Both the position numbers and the translations under genes were made by a program. The notes below the pieces were generated by a model. It was given only the letters and a program-made list of their open reading frames with translations. It was not told the origin of the DNA and did not search any database. DNA of 62,151 nucleotides, counting the filler, from Platydemus manokwari (lineage: Eukaryota): assembly GCA_037951405.1 (NCBI GenBank). It is 5 parts of 5 records of this genome, joined end to end, with 100 filler letters (N's around TTAATTAATTAA, not from the genome) between each part and the next. Parts side by side here need not be neighbours in the genome. Positions count along the whole stretch, not along the records: positions 10,982 to 26,964 come from JBBMOY011224765.1; 4 more parts are not named here. One strand, given 5' to 3'. Of the stretch, positions 12,567 to 26,060 are shown one piece after another; the first letter of the stretch is position 1; each line of letters opens with the position of its first letter.

Positions 12567-14780
12567 ATGAATTGCAATATGGAACGAGATGAATGCGACG
12601 TTGAGGATGCTTTAGGTGAGCCATTTCCTGTCATTTATATTTTATTGTAATTTTTATCTAAATTATTTCACCAGCTTTTAATGATAAAAATATTTTTGGA
12701 TTGTTTGTATTAAAATAATTTTAGAAATATTTTAAAGAACTTTTTAAAGAGATTTGATCCTGATCTTTGGTGGTTTAAGTTATTTTTTTTTAATAATTTT
12801 GTTCTGTGTGTATCGATGATGAGATATCGATGGTTGGTCTGCCAATTATGTTGTTTGTTTATTGGTAACCGATCACGTCTCTAGGTACCGCTGCTAAGGT
12901 TAGTTACTAAATGCATACACAGTGCAACAGCAGAATGAAAATTATTTATAGCTTTTACGTCATGAAAGAATTTTTATTTTTAGAAGAGATAGAATTTTTT
13001 ACTGGAGAGGATGTGTTTCGATCACATTACCAGTGTCTGGAAGAAATCGGACAAGGAGGATTCGGAACAATTTTCAAGGGAACTAAAATAGCTAATCAAA
13101 CCGGTGTCATCGTCAAATTCATTTCCAATCTGAAAATCACAGACACGTATAAGTGGAAGGTGATTGCAGATTCTTGTTTCTATCGCGGAATTTTAATTTT
13201 CTCTTCAGGCCAAACAATTGGTTATCCCACTTGAAGTGGCCCTTTTGGCCAAGTGCAAACATATCACTGGTGTCGTCACGTTGATGGCTTTCTATAAATC
13301 TGAAAAGGCTCGCGGTTGGTATCTCATAATGAAGCGTGTCGAAAGATACCTGGATTTGTTCGATTATATCAGTCGAGCCAAATATCTATCAGAAGAAAAA
13401 GCCGCCTTCTTTTTCAAGCAATTGACAGAGATTCTAAAAAATTGCCACCAGCAAAACGTGCTTCATCGAGACATTAAAGACGAAAATATTCTCGTCGATG
13501 AAAACACTGATCTCATTTATCTCATTGATTTTGGGTCAGGGGCGTTCTTGAAAAAGGACGACTACAAAGATTTTGATGGTGAGACTTTTGTTTAGTGTCT
13601 CCTTGACAACGCACAATCACAAGTAGAGATTTTCTCAGAATATTGTGAAAAGTTTTTGAGTTTAAAGGCTATGAGAAAATCAGAGGTTAAATTTGACACG
13701 TGCTGAACCAATAAGTAGCGATTAGTCGTCATTGCAAGCGAGTAAATCATCACATGATCGAATGAAATAATATTCATGACACACATTTATCCAAATTATG
13801 GCCAAAAATCGGATCGCTGGCTGTCTGAACTGGCTAAAATCAGTTCAATTTGATTTAGGAGATCTTGTTTTTCTGTTGAAGTTTATGCGGTCTACATTAG
13901 ACAAACTCTACCAGATTAAATTGCTGGCTTTCTAAGCAACGATTTGAAAATAAAATCAATATTAGGAATTTGTGATACACATGATGACTCACGAGTGTTA
14001 TCGTGTGGGCAGAGTAAAGTTGGTGAGAAAAATCGCTGCGCATACACACAACGACGTCAACACACTACACATACACACACCGTGGTTTATCCTCTATACA
14101 TCAAATGTATGCATACTTGCCTGTTACATCATATTATCCTACATTTAGGTACACGAGTATACAGCCCCCCTGAATGGATTAAAAATCACAGCTATAACGG
14201 ATTTAAACTTGAAGTTTGGTCTCTTGGTGTTCTGCTATTCGACATGGTGTGCGGTGACATTCCTTTCAGCACCGATGAACAAATACTCAATGGAAAATTG
14301 AAATATCGACACTGTGTGAGTAGCGATTGTCGTGATCTGATTGAAAAATGTCTCCAACACGATCCTTTACTGCGTATCAGTTTGGAGGACATTGCTGCGC
14401 ATCCATGGATGCAGAAACAACAACAAATGTCACAGATCAATAACTTTCGTAACATCATCATCAATTCGACCTCTGTTGCTCAACGCTGTTACGATGTAAC
14501 GTCAGGATCTTCCTCTCTTTATTCCCCAGCCGAAACCATATCCTCATCATCTGGTGACGAATCCATCGATGATAAATATAATCAAATCATTCCGACTTAT
14601 TTTTCCAAACCTCGAGAGGCCCCGAAATTTTATATCTCAGAAAATGAAGACGAAGACACCAACGATTTTTGTACAGATGTTGATCAGCTTAATTTTTCAA
14701 GTTCAGTTCGATCTCATTCTTTACACTCAGAAGAAGATTGTTCTTTGTGTTTTGTCCAGTCTTGTACAGTTAACTTTTAA
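12567..14780 (+). CDS. PIM: Pim-family serine/threonine kinase; exons 12567-12615, 12984-13159, 13209-13578, 14149-14780
   Basis: Spliced protein has [60 protein letters not shown] and [18 protein letters not shown], all Pim hallmarks. Intron phases 1, 0, 1 are consistent. The first exon is the least certain. Confidence 0.93.
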
Positions 14781-17700
14781 AAATATGTTTTGTAAAAAAA
14801 AATTGATTTATTAATTTAATAAATTTCATAGTACAGGGTATTATTGATTGATTATGGAATTCTTAGATCGATACGGTTGATTAATTTCTATCAATAATTT
14901 TTATATCAATATATATAATCAATTAATATTGATAATATAGATACGAAATAATCATTAACAAACGTTCAATATACTCTAAGAAAAATCAATAATTATATTC
15001 AATACATGTGAAACTATTTTCCATTTATAGACTTGACAAAATCACAACATTAGGTCTCACGCTTTGTAGCATCATTACTGCATTATTGACAGTCAAATAT
15101 TGATTTATATTTCATGCATCAATGAGACCAAGAATCGTACAGTTAAACAATTACTTTTTCCAATATTTTAACAATAAAAGTGACTCGTGATGTTTCTTTA
15201 ATTTATTAATGGTGTCAATCATTAATATATCATAGTCGATACATAGCAGTTGCTAGGTAACAAACTAATAGTAACCTGTAAATCACAGAGAAACCAATGC
15301 TACCTGAATCGATGTCAACCAAATGAATATCTTATAAAAATGAATTACTTCATTTCTGATCAAATAAATTTTTATCAATCGTTAATTACGCAAACCGGAT
15401 TTCATTAACAGAAGCGATCTCATAATTTTCGAGTGCCTAGAAGTCTGCTGGATAGGGCCTAATCGATTCCGGTTTATCTCTCTAACCAGACTCTATCTCA
15501 ATATTTAATGTCTGGGAAATTTTATTCCCTAAAACCTGGAAATGGAATGCCAATCGAAGAGAAGCATAGATAATTTCTGCTGACTCTCAGACAAACCATT
15601 ATCATCGTCGTCATCAATGCAAATGGAACCGATAGAAAATCGAAAACACAACCAACAAGCGACAAGCAGATTTTTTGTAAAAAGACAAAAAAATGATCCA
15701 ATAGAAAACTGGCCAAATCAAATGGAAATACTGCTCTCGAGGAATTTTATCAAAGAATACAGAATTTAATCGATAATTTAGGGAATATCGGGAAAATAAT
15801 ATTTTTATATTTTTCCATAATTCAAATGATATATTTACGTTATCCAGATCATTGATTTGCCAGGTAACGATTGGTATTTCGATAGTTAAGATAAATGCCA
15901 TTGGAAAATATAGATTTTTTGAGTTCAATTTCCAGCAGCTTCGGCTTTAAAGCGATCATTGAAGAGACAGAAACTGAAATACGATAAAAGTGATTTAAAA
16001 ACACCACACCTCTAATTGGGCGGGTATTTCAGGATCTCAAATAGTGTATAAAAGGTGCTCATATCAATTGAATTTGATTATAGAAGGACCAATTGAAGTA
16101 GCTATGGAGAGAGTAATTTGTGTATCAATTGAAATGATCGAGCTTGCAGTCTCTCATCAATCAACTGCTATGATTTTCATTTATTTTGATTGGTTTGATT
16201 CCATCATTATGTCACATTAATTGCATTTGATTCCAGTTGAGATCGAAGTCAAAGCATTTTGTGGGATCTTTTATAATTATTTGGTTATTGGAACCGAACA
16301 TTGGTTCCCATAGATTAGGCTATACTCGGTTTATCAGCGGAGTTCTCTGTGGTTCGATGTGTAACAATGCAAACCTCTAGAAATATTAAAGTATGAAATA
16401 GCGGACAGTGGAATGAATGCTGAGAATCGCTTTCGATTGATCAGGAAATCGACAGATCATCGATATTCCATTAAATAAGCTAATTGTTCGATGTTTTATA
16501 ACATATTGATAAGGGTGATTACGTTACCCCAACATTTCTGTTGGATCATATCAGGTTAAATCACTGATCAGTAGTATGAAGATTCAAGATCAAAGCTGTC
16601 GCGTGCGTGAGCATTCGTAATGATAATCAATATTATTTAATTCTAAAATGAGCAGTGAACTTAAACTGAGAAAATCGATCATGACAATAAAATATTTTTC
16701 TTTTACAAAATGATCGCTATTGCTGACCAACGCACAGATTGATAGGAGATCACCAATTCAACAATTTATATTACTCTACCCTCTTGACCATACTGTATGA
16801 TGACTTTTTCTGATTTTGACTTCGTTAAACACATAGCAGTTCTTTTCTTGGTTTTTTCTTGTAGGGATTCTATTAGCTTTGACAGTTGAATTTTCTGATT
16901 TATTTCTGTTGCTATTGGCTGGTTTTGTTGACTGATATTCCACTAATATTACAGTGGGTAATATCCCACTTGGTTCTTGTGTTATATAATGATTATTTTA
17001 TTGACATTTATTGATGCCTATAGATTTATTAAGAGTTTTATATGACCCTTAAATAGCTAATAAATAGTATTTTATTTTGGTTTATTTTCTGTGACGTAAT
17101 ATAAAAATATTTTTCCATTATTAATTGTATCCCATGATCAATTCTCTTTTAGCTTTATTTCAATTCCTTGTCGTCATTCCTGATTATTGATTTTTTGCTG
17201 TAATATCGATTTTATTTGATGTGTTCTGTATGACAAATATTTTCCCTCGGTTATCTCTTTTATCGTTAATTTAATTACCATAATCTTTCCTCACAATAAT
17301 TCCTGATTACGAAAGATAAAATGGTGATCAATCATGCATAGCAATACTGATCAAAACAATTTAATATTTTGCTAACAATATAGCACTAATTCAAGAAAAT
17401 AATCAATATTTTATTTCGCATTAACATATTTCTGCACAACTCGATGAGAAAATACTTCACATTGACTTTAAAATTGATTTTTATCTATTTTTATGGGCGG
17501 TTTCTAAATATGGATGAGAAATCTATATGCAAGCCAATTGTGGTCGGAGCATTTAATTTTGGCGTTGCCAAGGTTGTTTTTTGATTTTGTTATTTTCTGG
17601 AGATGATAAGTCGACAGTAATGGACCGTAATGGAGCTACATGTTTGATGCCTATAGGTGTTTGTACCAAGAAAGGAATAGATTTCATAGGAAGAAGCATT

Positions 17701-20700
17701 ATGCAATTGATAATTTTATATTACATAACTTCCACACAAAATTATAAAATAAGTACACTTAGGGTTATCGAATTCACAGTGATTAGTTTGCAATTTGTTG
17801 AGCAAAGTATGATCTCAACACATCAATAGTATAACCGGAATCCCTTGACATTTTTTAATAAATTCATTATCTATCATTCAATTATCATTACAAATAATTC
17901 ATTTATAATTACTCGAACGGTTCCTTAACGACCGATTTAACAGAACAATAACTTGTAGATATTATTTTTATATTCATTCTATACTAATTCGAGGGTGGGG
18001 GCGTTAATACATAAATATTATATTGTAGCTCTATCAGACTATAGTTCAAAATGCTTAATAACTATTGAAATAAAGTTCTTTCCTTACCAGTGGAGCCACG
18101 CGAGTGGGTGAACTGTGAAAACCTCCCACTATGAATATCAAGTCTTAAATGAATTGATGTTCTATCAACGAACACTCCTACTGAGACAGTTTTATTAATT
18201 CCCATATTTAATCAATAATTGCATGAGAGATCATTTATTGACATTCGTCTGTCAGGGACCTACCTATACGTCATTAATGATATAGGAAGTTCATTCTCCA
18301 TACTCCAGCATGTATTTATTCTTTCAATAAAATCCAGATCGAAATATCTTCTTCAACCTTTTGAATGGCATAATACGATTGTAAAAGCAATCATTGTACC
18401 TTTACAGGAGAAATGAGGATGAAAAACTTATAAAATATATAATTAACTAGAATCTTCATCAAAAAAATATCTGAAATATCTGTGGAATGCGTGATATTTT
18501 CCTGAATATGACATTTTCCTGGCTTCTTTCACGTGGTTGTTGATATGAATATGCATAGAGATAGCTCCATTAAAATTTGATAAAAATATCATTTCGAGTT
18601 CCCTAGAATGACCTCAAATCAGGATATTAATTAAAAAATTAGATGTCAACAAAAATAATTGAAGTGAAATGATTTTTAACATAAATATCTGTGATGGTAT
18701 CAATAATAACAAAAACACCATCGATATCGATATGGCCATTATATTTCAATCAGATTCTTCTATATTTCGATCAAAATTTAGGAAGAAATATTAATAAAAC
18801 CAAAATAAAAGCACACCAAAACAATATTTTCTTCAAATATAATAACAAAGCTTTTTAATTTGATGTGGATTGATATTATTATTTTTTTAATTGAGCCAAA
18901 AGGAATCCCTGGCTGGCGAACGATATTATAAGCTTTGGTAACTTAAAACCAATGCAAAACATTATCAAAGACATTTTTTTTATGCAAGCATGTCATTGAA
19001 TATCGATGTTGTCAGACGGCTTATCATTTTAATAAATTTCATTTTATCGATAATTCTAATGAATGCCATAAATTTCGTCAATAATTTATTTGGATTGAAT
19101 CCAGTCCAACTAATCTTCAATTGGCTATTAAACTCAACTTAAAATGAGCCACAGCACGTGGTTGCTGTAACATTAGACCCAAACATCTTTAAAGCCTCAA
19201 TGGTACAAGAAGTCACACGTGGCTACAGGCATACAAGTCTACCGTTAAATCGATTTTATCTTAATAAAATCCACCGCAATGGAGTTTTCATTTATAATCC
19301 AACTTTTTTATGTCTGGTTATTTGATATTCTAATCGATTTTTTATTAAAATCATTGATATTTGAACATATTTTTTATATTTCAATTGATTTTTATTGCAG
19401 ATTTTGTTCTTATCGATTGTATTCCAGTATTGTCTATTAATCTATTTATATTTACAACCAAGATGTCATATTTCTAAAAACCCCAACAACTGCAATCAGA
19501 TTTTCAAATATATAGCAATTGTATCATTCTTATATTAGAGATTAAAACATCAACAAACTCTAAATCATCACGGATCTATTATTTACAGAGCTCCTTTAGA
19601 TTCTTTAATTTACAGTAATTACTAAAAATATAATAAAACCACTAAAACATAAAAATGGTAAAAAAACGTGAGTGTATTGAAAGATATATTGGGAGACGTT
19701 ATTGAAAATAACTTGTTGATTCGATAGATTGTTTTGGAATTCCCACGGATAACTCGAGTTGCCCAACCTAACACAAATCTTCACTAAGGTGTATTCCTTC
19801 ATTTCAGCGTGCGAATCATTTTTCTTAACTCGACAACAAAGTTATGCATAGTTTATATTTTAAATAATTAACACGATCTTAAAATGAGATTCTAAATAAA
19901 TGTTGTATTGATTTTTGCACTGATTGGATTGGTAAGTTGTTTAAATAAATCCATTTTATGAATATGACTAGTGAGCTTTTCAAATAACGAGTTCTCCAAA
20001 TGACATGGGTCACAAGAAATCAATAGCGAAAAATATTATCGAATATGCTCATGCAACAAGATCAGGAGATGCAAAATTTCAGTGTCTGAAAAATTGGTGG
20101 AATTAATCTCTAAAAAAAAAATTTATTGATTCGTGATATTGAGAAGTGATTTTTAATCAGTGGCGTAATCCTTGTTAGTGCTTTCGATTTTGTTTTTGGT
20201 AGTCAGTGAGGGTATGACATGTAGAAATTTTTTGTTGAAAGAAACATCAAAAAAATCAACAAATACTGCTATCGAAAAATGTTATTTATAAAATCAACAA
20301 AGTTGAATAATTTACTAAGGAGAATAAACGTCCATAAAATGATAGTTCGAATGCTCGGATGATTTCTGTATATAAATAACCAACTTGAAATCATTTTCAC
20401 TGATTTTTCACAGCAATGGAATACCAAATAATCAAATAGAGGAGAGAAACATTTAAAAAAAAAATATAAATTGACAAAAGCTAGATAAATCGAAATTGAA
20501 AAATGTCAGAACTTAGAGACCGGGTCTATAAGGGAACTCTTCAAAGCGCACATTTGAAGCTTTGGACGAAATTTTTAGAGTTTAGAGGCCTCATTTCTGT
20601 GCATATTTACCGTGATCCAATTTAATTTGGAAAACTGACTTCAATAAGAAAGTTTCAGAAATAGCTTGCAACAAACCACTCTCAAGCTCAAGTTACTTGA

Positions 20701-22641
20701 TGTGAAACAATGGGTGCACGGAGCCCACTCAAACTATACCACAATAGGATTGAAGGAATTCGGGCAATTTATGATAAATTGGATGTTTTTCTTGCAAAAA
20801 TTTTATTTTTATTTACAAGATGGAACGCATTAGAAATTATGTCCTTATTATTACATTAATAGGTAAAGTTTTATTACGAAATTCTTGTTATTATCTCATT
20901 CCATCAACAAAAATCAAATCAAATAAACGGCTCTGAAAGAGAATTTAAACTCGATTTTATCGTTTTTCATTTTCTCATTTGTTCCTCTGATAAGTATGAA
21001 TTACCCACAATATGGAATTCTTCCATCAAATACAAATATTCCGGTTTGAAATATTTCATTAAAGCTTTTCCACAAACAATCCAATATCAATAGAATAAAA
21101 GCGCCACTCATGGGACAAATTGATTTTGTTACTAATCTCCTAATATGGAATCAATTTTCCCACATTCATTTCTATTTCTAAGGGAAAATTCTCTCATTTT
21201 GATTGGTCGAAATTCGAGGGCGTTTTGAAAGCCTTTGCAGATAATAATAACAGTGATAATGAGTAATTTATCGAAATATTCATTCAATGACGAGAAGATT
21301 TTACATTTCCCACGTGTATTTCATCTTTTAATTTCATGATAACTAACGTGTACCGTGACATTGATTTAGTTGATGAATTACGCTACTCTAAATACCAGAA
21401 ATGTTAAGATTCAAATATTCGATGAAGGAAAAAAGGGAAGAACATGTTTAAACCATAAATATATTAATTGAAAGCAATTTTAGAGATTGGGTGAGAGCTC
21501 CTCTTGGTATATTGTTTCGAAGTTGTTTTATTTACCTTTCTAAATAAGTGATATTTAATTAAATGGATCGAGAGATGACATTAAGAAAATTTATAAACTG
21601 GGATAAGGATTGGGAGTAGAACTTGTTGATTTTTATGAACCCATAACTTTCAATGAAGTAAGTAACGTGATATAATTTATAATAGCATGATACAACCATG
21701 AAAGGGATGTTTCTCGTTTATTGTAGTTACTATTCACCTAGTTCGAGTCTTCTTAATTTAATTTACTAAACTTACGTATCTGCTAAATTCACCAAACTGA
21801 GAGCTTTAGTTTTTTGTGGTCTCCTCTATACCTCGAAGATATGAATCACGGCTTTTGTTTCTTTCTTGATTCATACTAACTTAATATTGTTTTTCTTATG
21901 AACTTCCCTCTCACATGGTTAGCCATATATAAATTTAATTGTTAAACTTTCCATAGATATTTTTCACTCAAATATTTTAAGATATTATAATGGGAATATT
22001 CGTCATCACAAATGGATGCCATCGAGAATTCGGATGACTCAACAACATATCTTTTAATTACAATGCTATTTCCTTTAAAATCCCTTCAATTTTGCTCTGA
22101 AGTGCTTGCCTTTACTAAACATCATAAACAAAGTGCATAACAAAGAGAGAATAAAGTACATAAATCGCATATCTACGAATCTAGAAATCCAATCAAGGCT
22201 TTCTTTTATATGTTTACAAACAAAAAATTACATTTTTCTCCAATGCTCTTAGTCTTTGTTTTTATTCGCGTAGGCAGTGAATTCTTTATTGATTCACTCA
22301 TCACTGATTCAGTGTTTCTAACATCTCAGCCAAGTGTTGTGGGAATCGTTTATAATTGAAAGTCATTCTTTAGAGAATTATGGAATCGCTGAACAATTTC
22401 TCGAATGTTAATATCCAATTTGTTTTCAAAATCATATCAGATCATTGTTTACAAATATTTTGCCACCATTGTTAACTTTGTTTCTTCGAATTTTAATTTA
22501 TCAAGGCCTTCTTTCTGCTCGAAGATGGGTGCATGAGTTTCATTTTGGTGACCAATTTTATATTTTTATCGATATTGCAAACAACATGATATAGTTATTA
22601 TTGTTTTATTATTATTATTATTATTAATAATAATATTATAG

Positions 22642-22822
22642 NNNNNNNNNNNNNNNNNNNNNNNNNNNNNNNNNNNNNNNNNNNNNNNNNNNNNNNNNNN
22701 NNNNNNNNNNNNNNNNNNNNNNNNNNNNNNNNNNNNNNNNNNNNNNNNNNNNNNNNNNNNNNNNNNNNNNNNNNNNNNNNNNNNNNNNNNNNNNNNNNNN
22801 NNNNNNNNNNNNNNNNNNNNNN
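22642..22822. other. Plain N gap (181 bp) next to an (ATT)n microsatellite
   Basis: N run with no linker core, preceded by ttattattatt repeats. Confidence 0.95.
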
Positions 22823-24047
22823 GTATTCGATGTTGTCTTGAATTCTTATAATTTTATTATATTATTCTTTAAATTATTCTCAAATATTTGTATATTAAAA
22901 TAAACAAACAAGTGAGAATTTATAATAAATATTTATTAAAAAGAAAATTGATAATAAAACTAAAATTAATTATCTTATAATTAGGGTATGTCAATAAATG
23001 TTAGTCTCTCATATTATACAGATAATCACCACTTTTGTAAAATTTCTTAATTAGACTTGGAATTTCGAAAACTAACATAATTGTTTTTAAATTATATATT
23101 AATTAAAAATATTATTTTATAGTTTTTATAAGTGTAGTTTTCAAAACCAATTTCCTTACATAAAATTAAGTAATTCCAAATATACATGACTTTTGCAACG
23201 AATCACTTCTAACACAATTAACCCTTTATCTTTATCTAAATTTTCATTAATATTTTTGTTATTTACGCTCTTATAACAAACTATTTCGAATATTAAAACA
23301 AAATTAGAAAATTAAAAATAATTTTCGCCTCAATATTGGAGTTATTATCAAAAAGCCATAATCCCAAGTTTAATAAAAAATTAATTTCTGTTCGTAAACT
23401 TAGTCAAAAATGTTTTAATTTAATATTTATCTAATAACGTAACCAATCATGTAGTAATATCTAATTCCCAATATTTAATTTTTAAAATAATTAATATTCG
23501 ACTTCATGGAAATTGTATTCAGTTAACGCCCTCAGTATTTTAATATTATTGGTTACTGACAACTTTCTATTTTAAAATTTCATTTAACATATCTAAATTA
23601 TATTCCTTCTGATTTTGAGCACGTATTATAACTTTATTTTATATCTTATGAGTCCAACCTTTCGAAAATTAACATTTATGTAGAAATAATATTTCAAATT
23701 TGAATACACACTGAAAAACAGTAATCAATAAGTTTTTTTTTAAATTATGACTTAATTTAAAACAAGATAATAACGAATTATTAACATAGTTATAAAAAAC
23801 GATAAATTTTATCGTTTGATTGATAAAACTTTGATTTTATTCGTCATATCGACCCTACTTTAGAATGTAACCGATGGAGGTATGTACTGCTATTTTCTTC
23901 TCCAATACATTACAAATAAGGAACAAGTATGTACCGATTGCAATTAATTTTTGTGTGTTTTGTCACTCTTTGAATCTGATTGGTTGTATCTTGGTACAAA
24001 TTATCTAAACTCATTCATAGACTACTTCATTCATTTATTCACATAAA

Positions 24048-24327
24048 ATGAAGGCAACATGTGTTTGATTACTCCTGTATTTATTTAGATATGGTAAGAA
24101 AATCTTGTATAAATTCCTTTAACAGTATCATTTGAATTTCCGTTTATAAATTACATTAAAACGTTAAGTATGATTTTGTAATTTTATAATTTAAACATTC
24201 TCAATGAAACATGAGTAAATTGTTTTTTATTTTTTAGTTTCCATTAAAAGTTTGAAAATGACATATCCATTGTCATGTAGCCATTTTACTTTTGAAGATT
24301 TCAATCAATTGCAAGATTTCATTTCAG
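24048..24327 (+). pseudogene. Possible disabled gene for a small secreted protein; exons 24048-24093 and 24238-24327
   Basis: ATG exon MKATCV*LLLYLFRY ends at a strong G|gtaag donor. The next exon (ttttag|, phase 1-1, 90 nt) reads open as VSIKSLKMTYPLSCSHFTFEDFNQLQDFIS. In-frame TGA at codon 7. Confidence 0.3.
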
Positions 24328-25058
24328 GTTTATTTTAACTGATGTTATAAATATTAAATTATAAAAAAATTATTAACAAACTCAAACTCACTTAATTTTG
24401 TCATGAAAAATATGCAAATCGTTCTGTTATTATTTCTATTAACTATAATTATGATTTATTTATTTTTCGTTTCGATTTCCCAGTTATATATATAATCATG
24501 TAAACTGTTGACAATCAAATAAAATAAGGAGCAATGCATTTATGAATGATTTAATGACAATTAATTATTACAAATTAAGTAAAATTTAGAGAAGATCAAA
24601 AGCAAAACAAGCATTAAATGACAAGAACCTGTTACCAAAATTATAAAATAAATGCTATAAACATTCATCATTACCAAATCAATACTTTTGAAAATATCTC
24701 TATCAAAATGATATACATGTATAACTTTCTGAAATTAAAATATTATTCCGATATTTATCTAAGCACCACCACTCCTTTACTGATGTTTTGAATCTTTATT
24801 TAAAATAACTCGACTCTTTCCATTCAATATAATATTTAAAAAATATTAAGTTTTACAATTTTTCTACATATGCTTTGATATACCTGACGCGGTTCATCGT
24901 TGGAGGCAATTATAATGTATAACTATTAAATTGATGAAATAATGTAATAAAATAATATAAAATTATGAATTTTAACAACATAATTATACTATTCAAATTA
25001 CCTTAAAAGTACTTTTGTTAATTGAAAAAAAACTTTAAATTTTAAGAGTATTTATTAA

Positions 25059-25129
25059 CACGTTGACAGACACTTGTGTCTATAACCGCCAATTTCGAAC
25101 TTCATTTGTTCCTACTGTCCGTCAATGTG
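25059..25129. mobile_element. 71-bp piggyBac-like non-autonomous element (mini-MITE)
   Basis: TTAA on both sides (25055-58 and 25130-33). 14-bp TIRs CACGTTGACAGACA / CACATTGACGGACA (12/14 match). Confidence 0.75.
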
Positions 25130-25799
25130 TTAAGAGTATTATCGTTAATTACGTTAAATAAATAAAATTTCAAATTTACTTCAAAATATCAAGTTAGTTC
25201 AGATAATCTATTAGAGAATGTGCAACCTAAAAATATTGATATATCAAATAAAATAATTGCAAAAGAAATTTTCTCTTTGATAAGTTAAATCAATTTTATT
25301 ATTGTATTATAAAAGTATTTTATTCAGTTCCTCAAATGTGAAAGTCGATATTGATAAGATATCTTTGGATCGTCTCTAAGTGATGTAGAGTTAATAAATA
25401 TTTATTTAATCGCTCTTAGTGATCCGGGTGAATCAGTGAATAGGGGGAAAAAGTTTACTGTTCACACAAAACATTGATTGAAAAGTCCTTTTGTTATGTA
25501 GCAATTTGAATCTTGTTTTGTGACATGAATAACAAAGAGATATTTCTTTAAAATTACAGTATGAACCTAATTTTATTAGAACATCAAAATATCAGTTAGT
25601 TTTTTAAATTAAATTCAGTTAAGATGAATATTGTTATGTAGTCTTTTAAATGCGTTTTCATACATAATTTTTAATATACATTGTTCTTACAAAATTATCT
25701 GTGTTAACATAAATACATTGTGTTTATTCCATTTTTAACGGTTCTTGTTAACAACACAAGAAATAACCTAGTGTATTTTTTCGTGTCATCTTTGTTGTG

Positions 25800-26060
25800 A
25801 ATTATATCTCTTATTTGAGATTGTTGAAATATTATTACACTCATCTGACCATTTATTTTCTTGTTGTCGTCAGACATTGTCGAATACAAAGTAGCATTAA
25901 TCATTGCACAATCTTTGATAAATTCCCGATGATAATTGTAGAGTAAAAGAAATCGTGAGAAATTAGATCATACGAGAATGAGTTACAATGTCTTTGATTT
26001 TTATTTTTCTCTAGAGTTATCCGGTGACCTAAAAATTTAATCTCTTGATGGTAAATACTT
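25800..26060 (-). mobile_element. Decayed Ty3/Gypsy pol fragment (RT end and connection domain)
   Basis: The minus strand gives HQEIKFLGHRITLE, then across frameshifts KIKDIV, NYHR, IIKDCAMINATLY, KWSDECN and FNNLK. This follows the Gypsy order FLGH.I / KI.AI / NYYRRFIKDYA.IA.PLY / W..EC..AF..LK. Confidence 0.6.

Noticed and set aside
12885-12898. Possible 14-nt microexon in the first Pim intron
   Set aside because: It exits in phase 0, which does not fit the phase-1 acceptor at 12984 without invoking a rare GAG acceptor.
20500-20800. GAHSN motif suggestive of a Merlin/ISXO2 transposase
   Set aside because: Only a short motif; no DDE context or TIRs found.
24066-24068. In-frame TGA as selenocysteine or an alternative genetic code
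   Set aside because: It falls in a signal-peptide-like stretch with no SECIS seen, and the conserved genes here use standard stops (TAG, TAA, TGA) and TGG for Trp.
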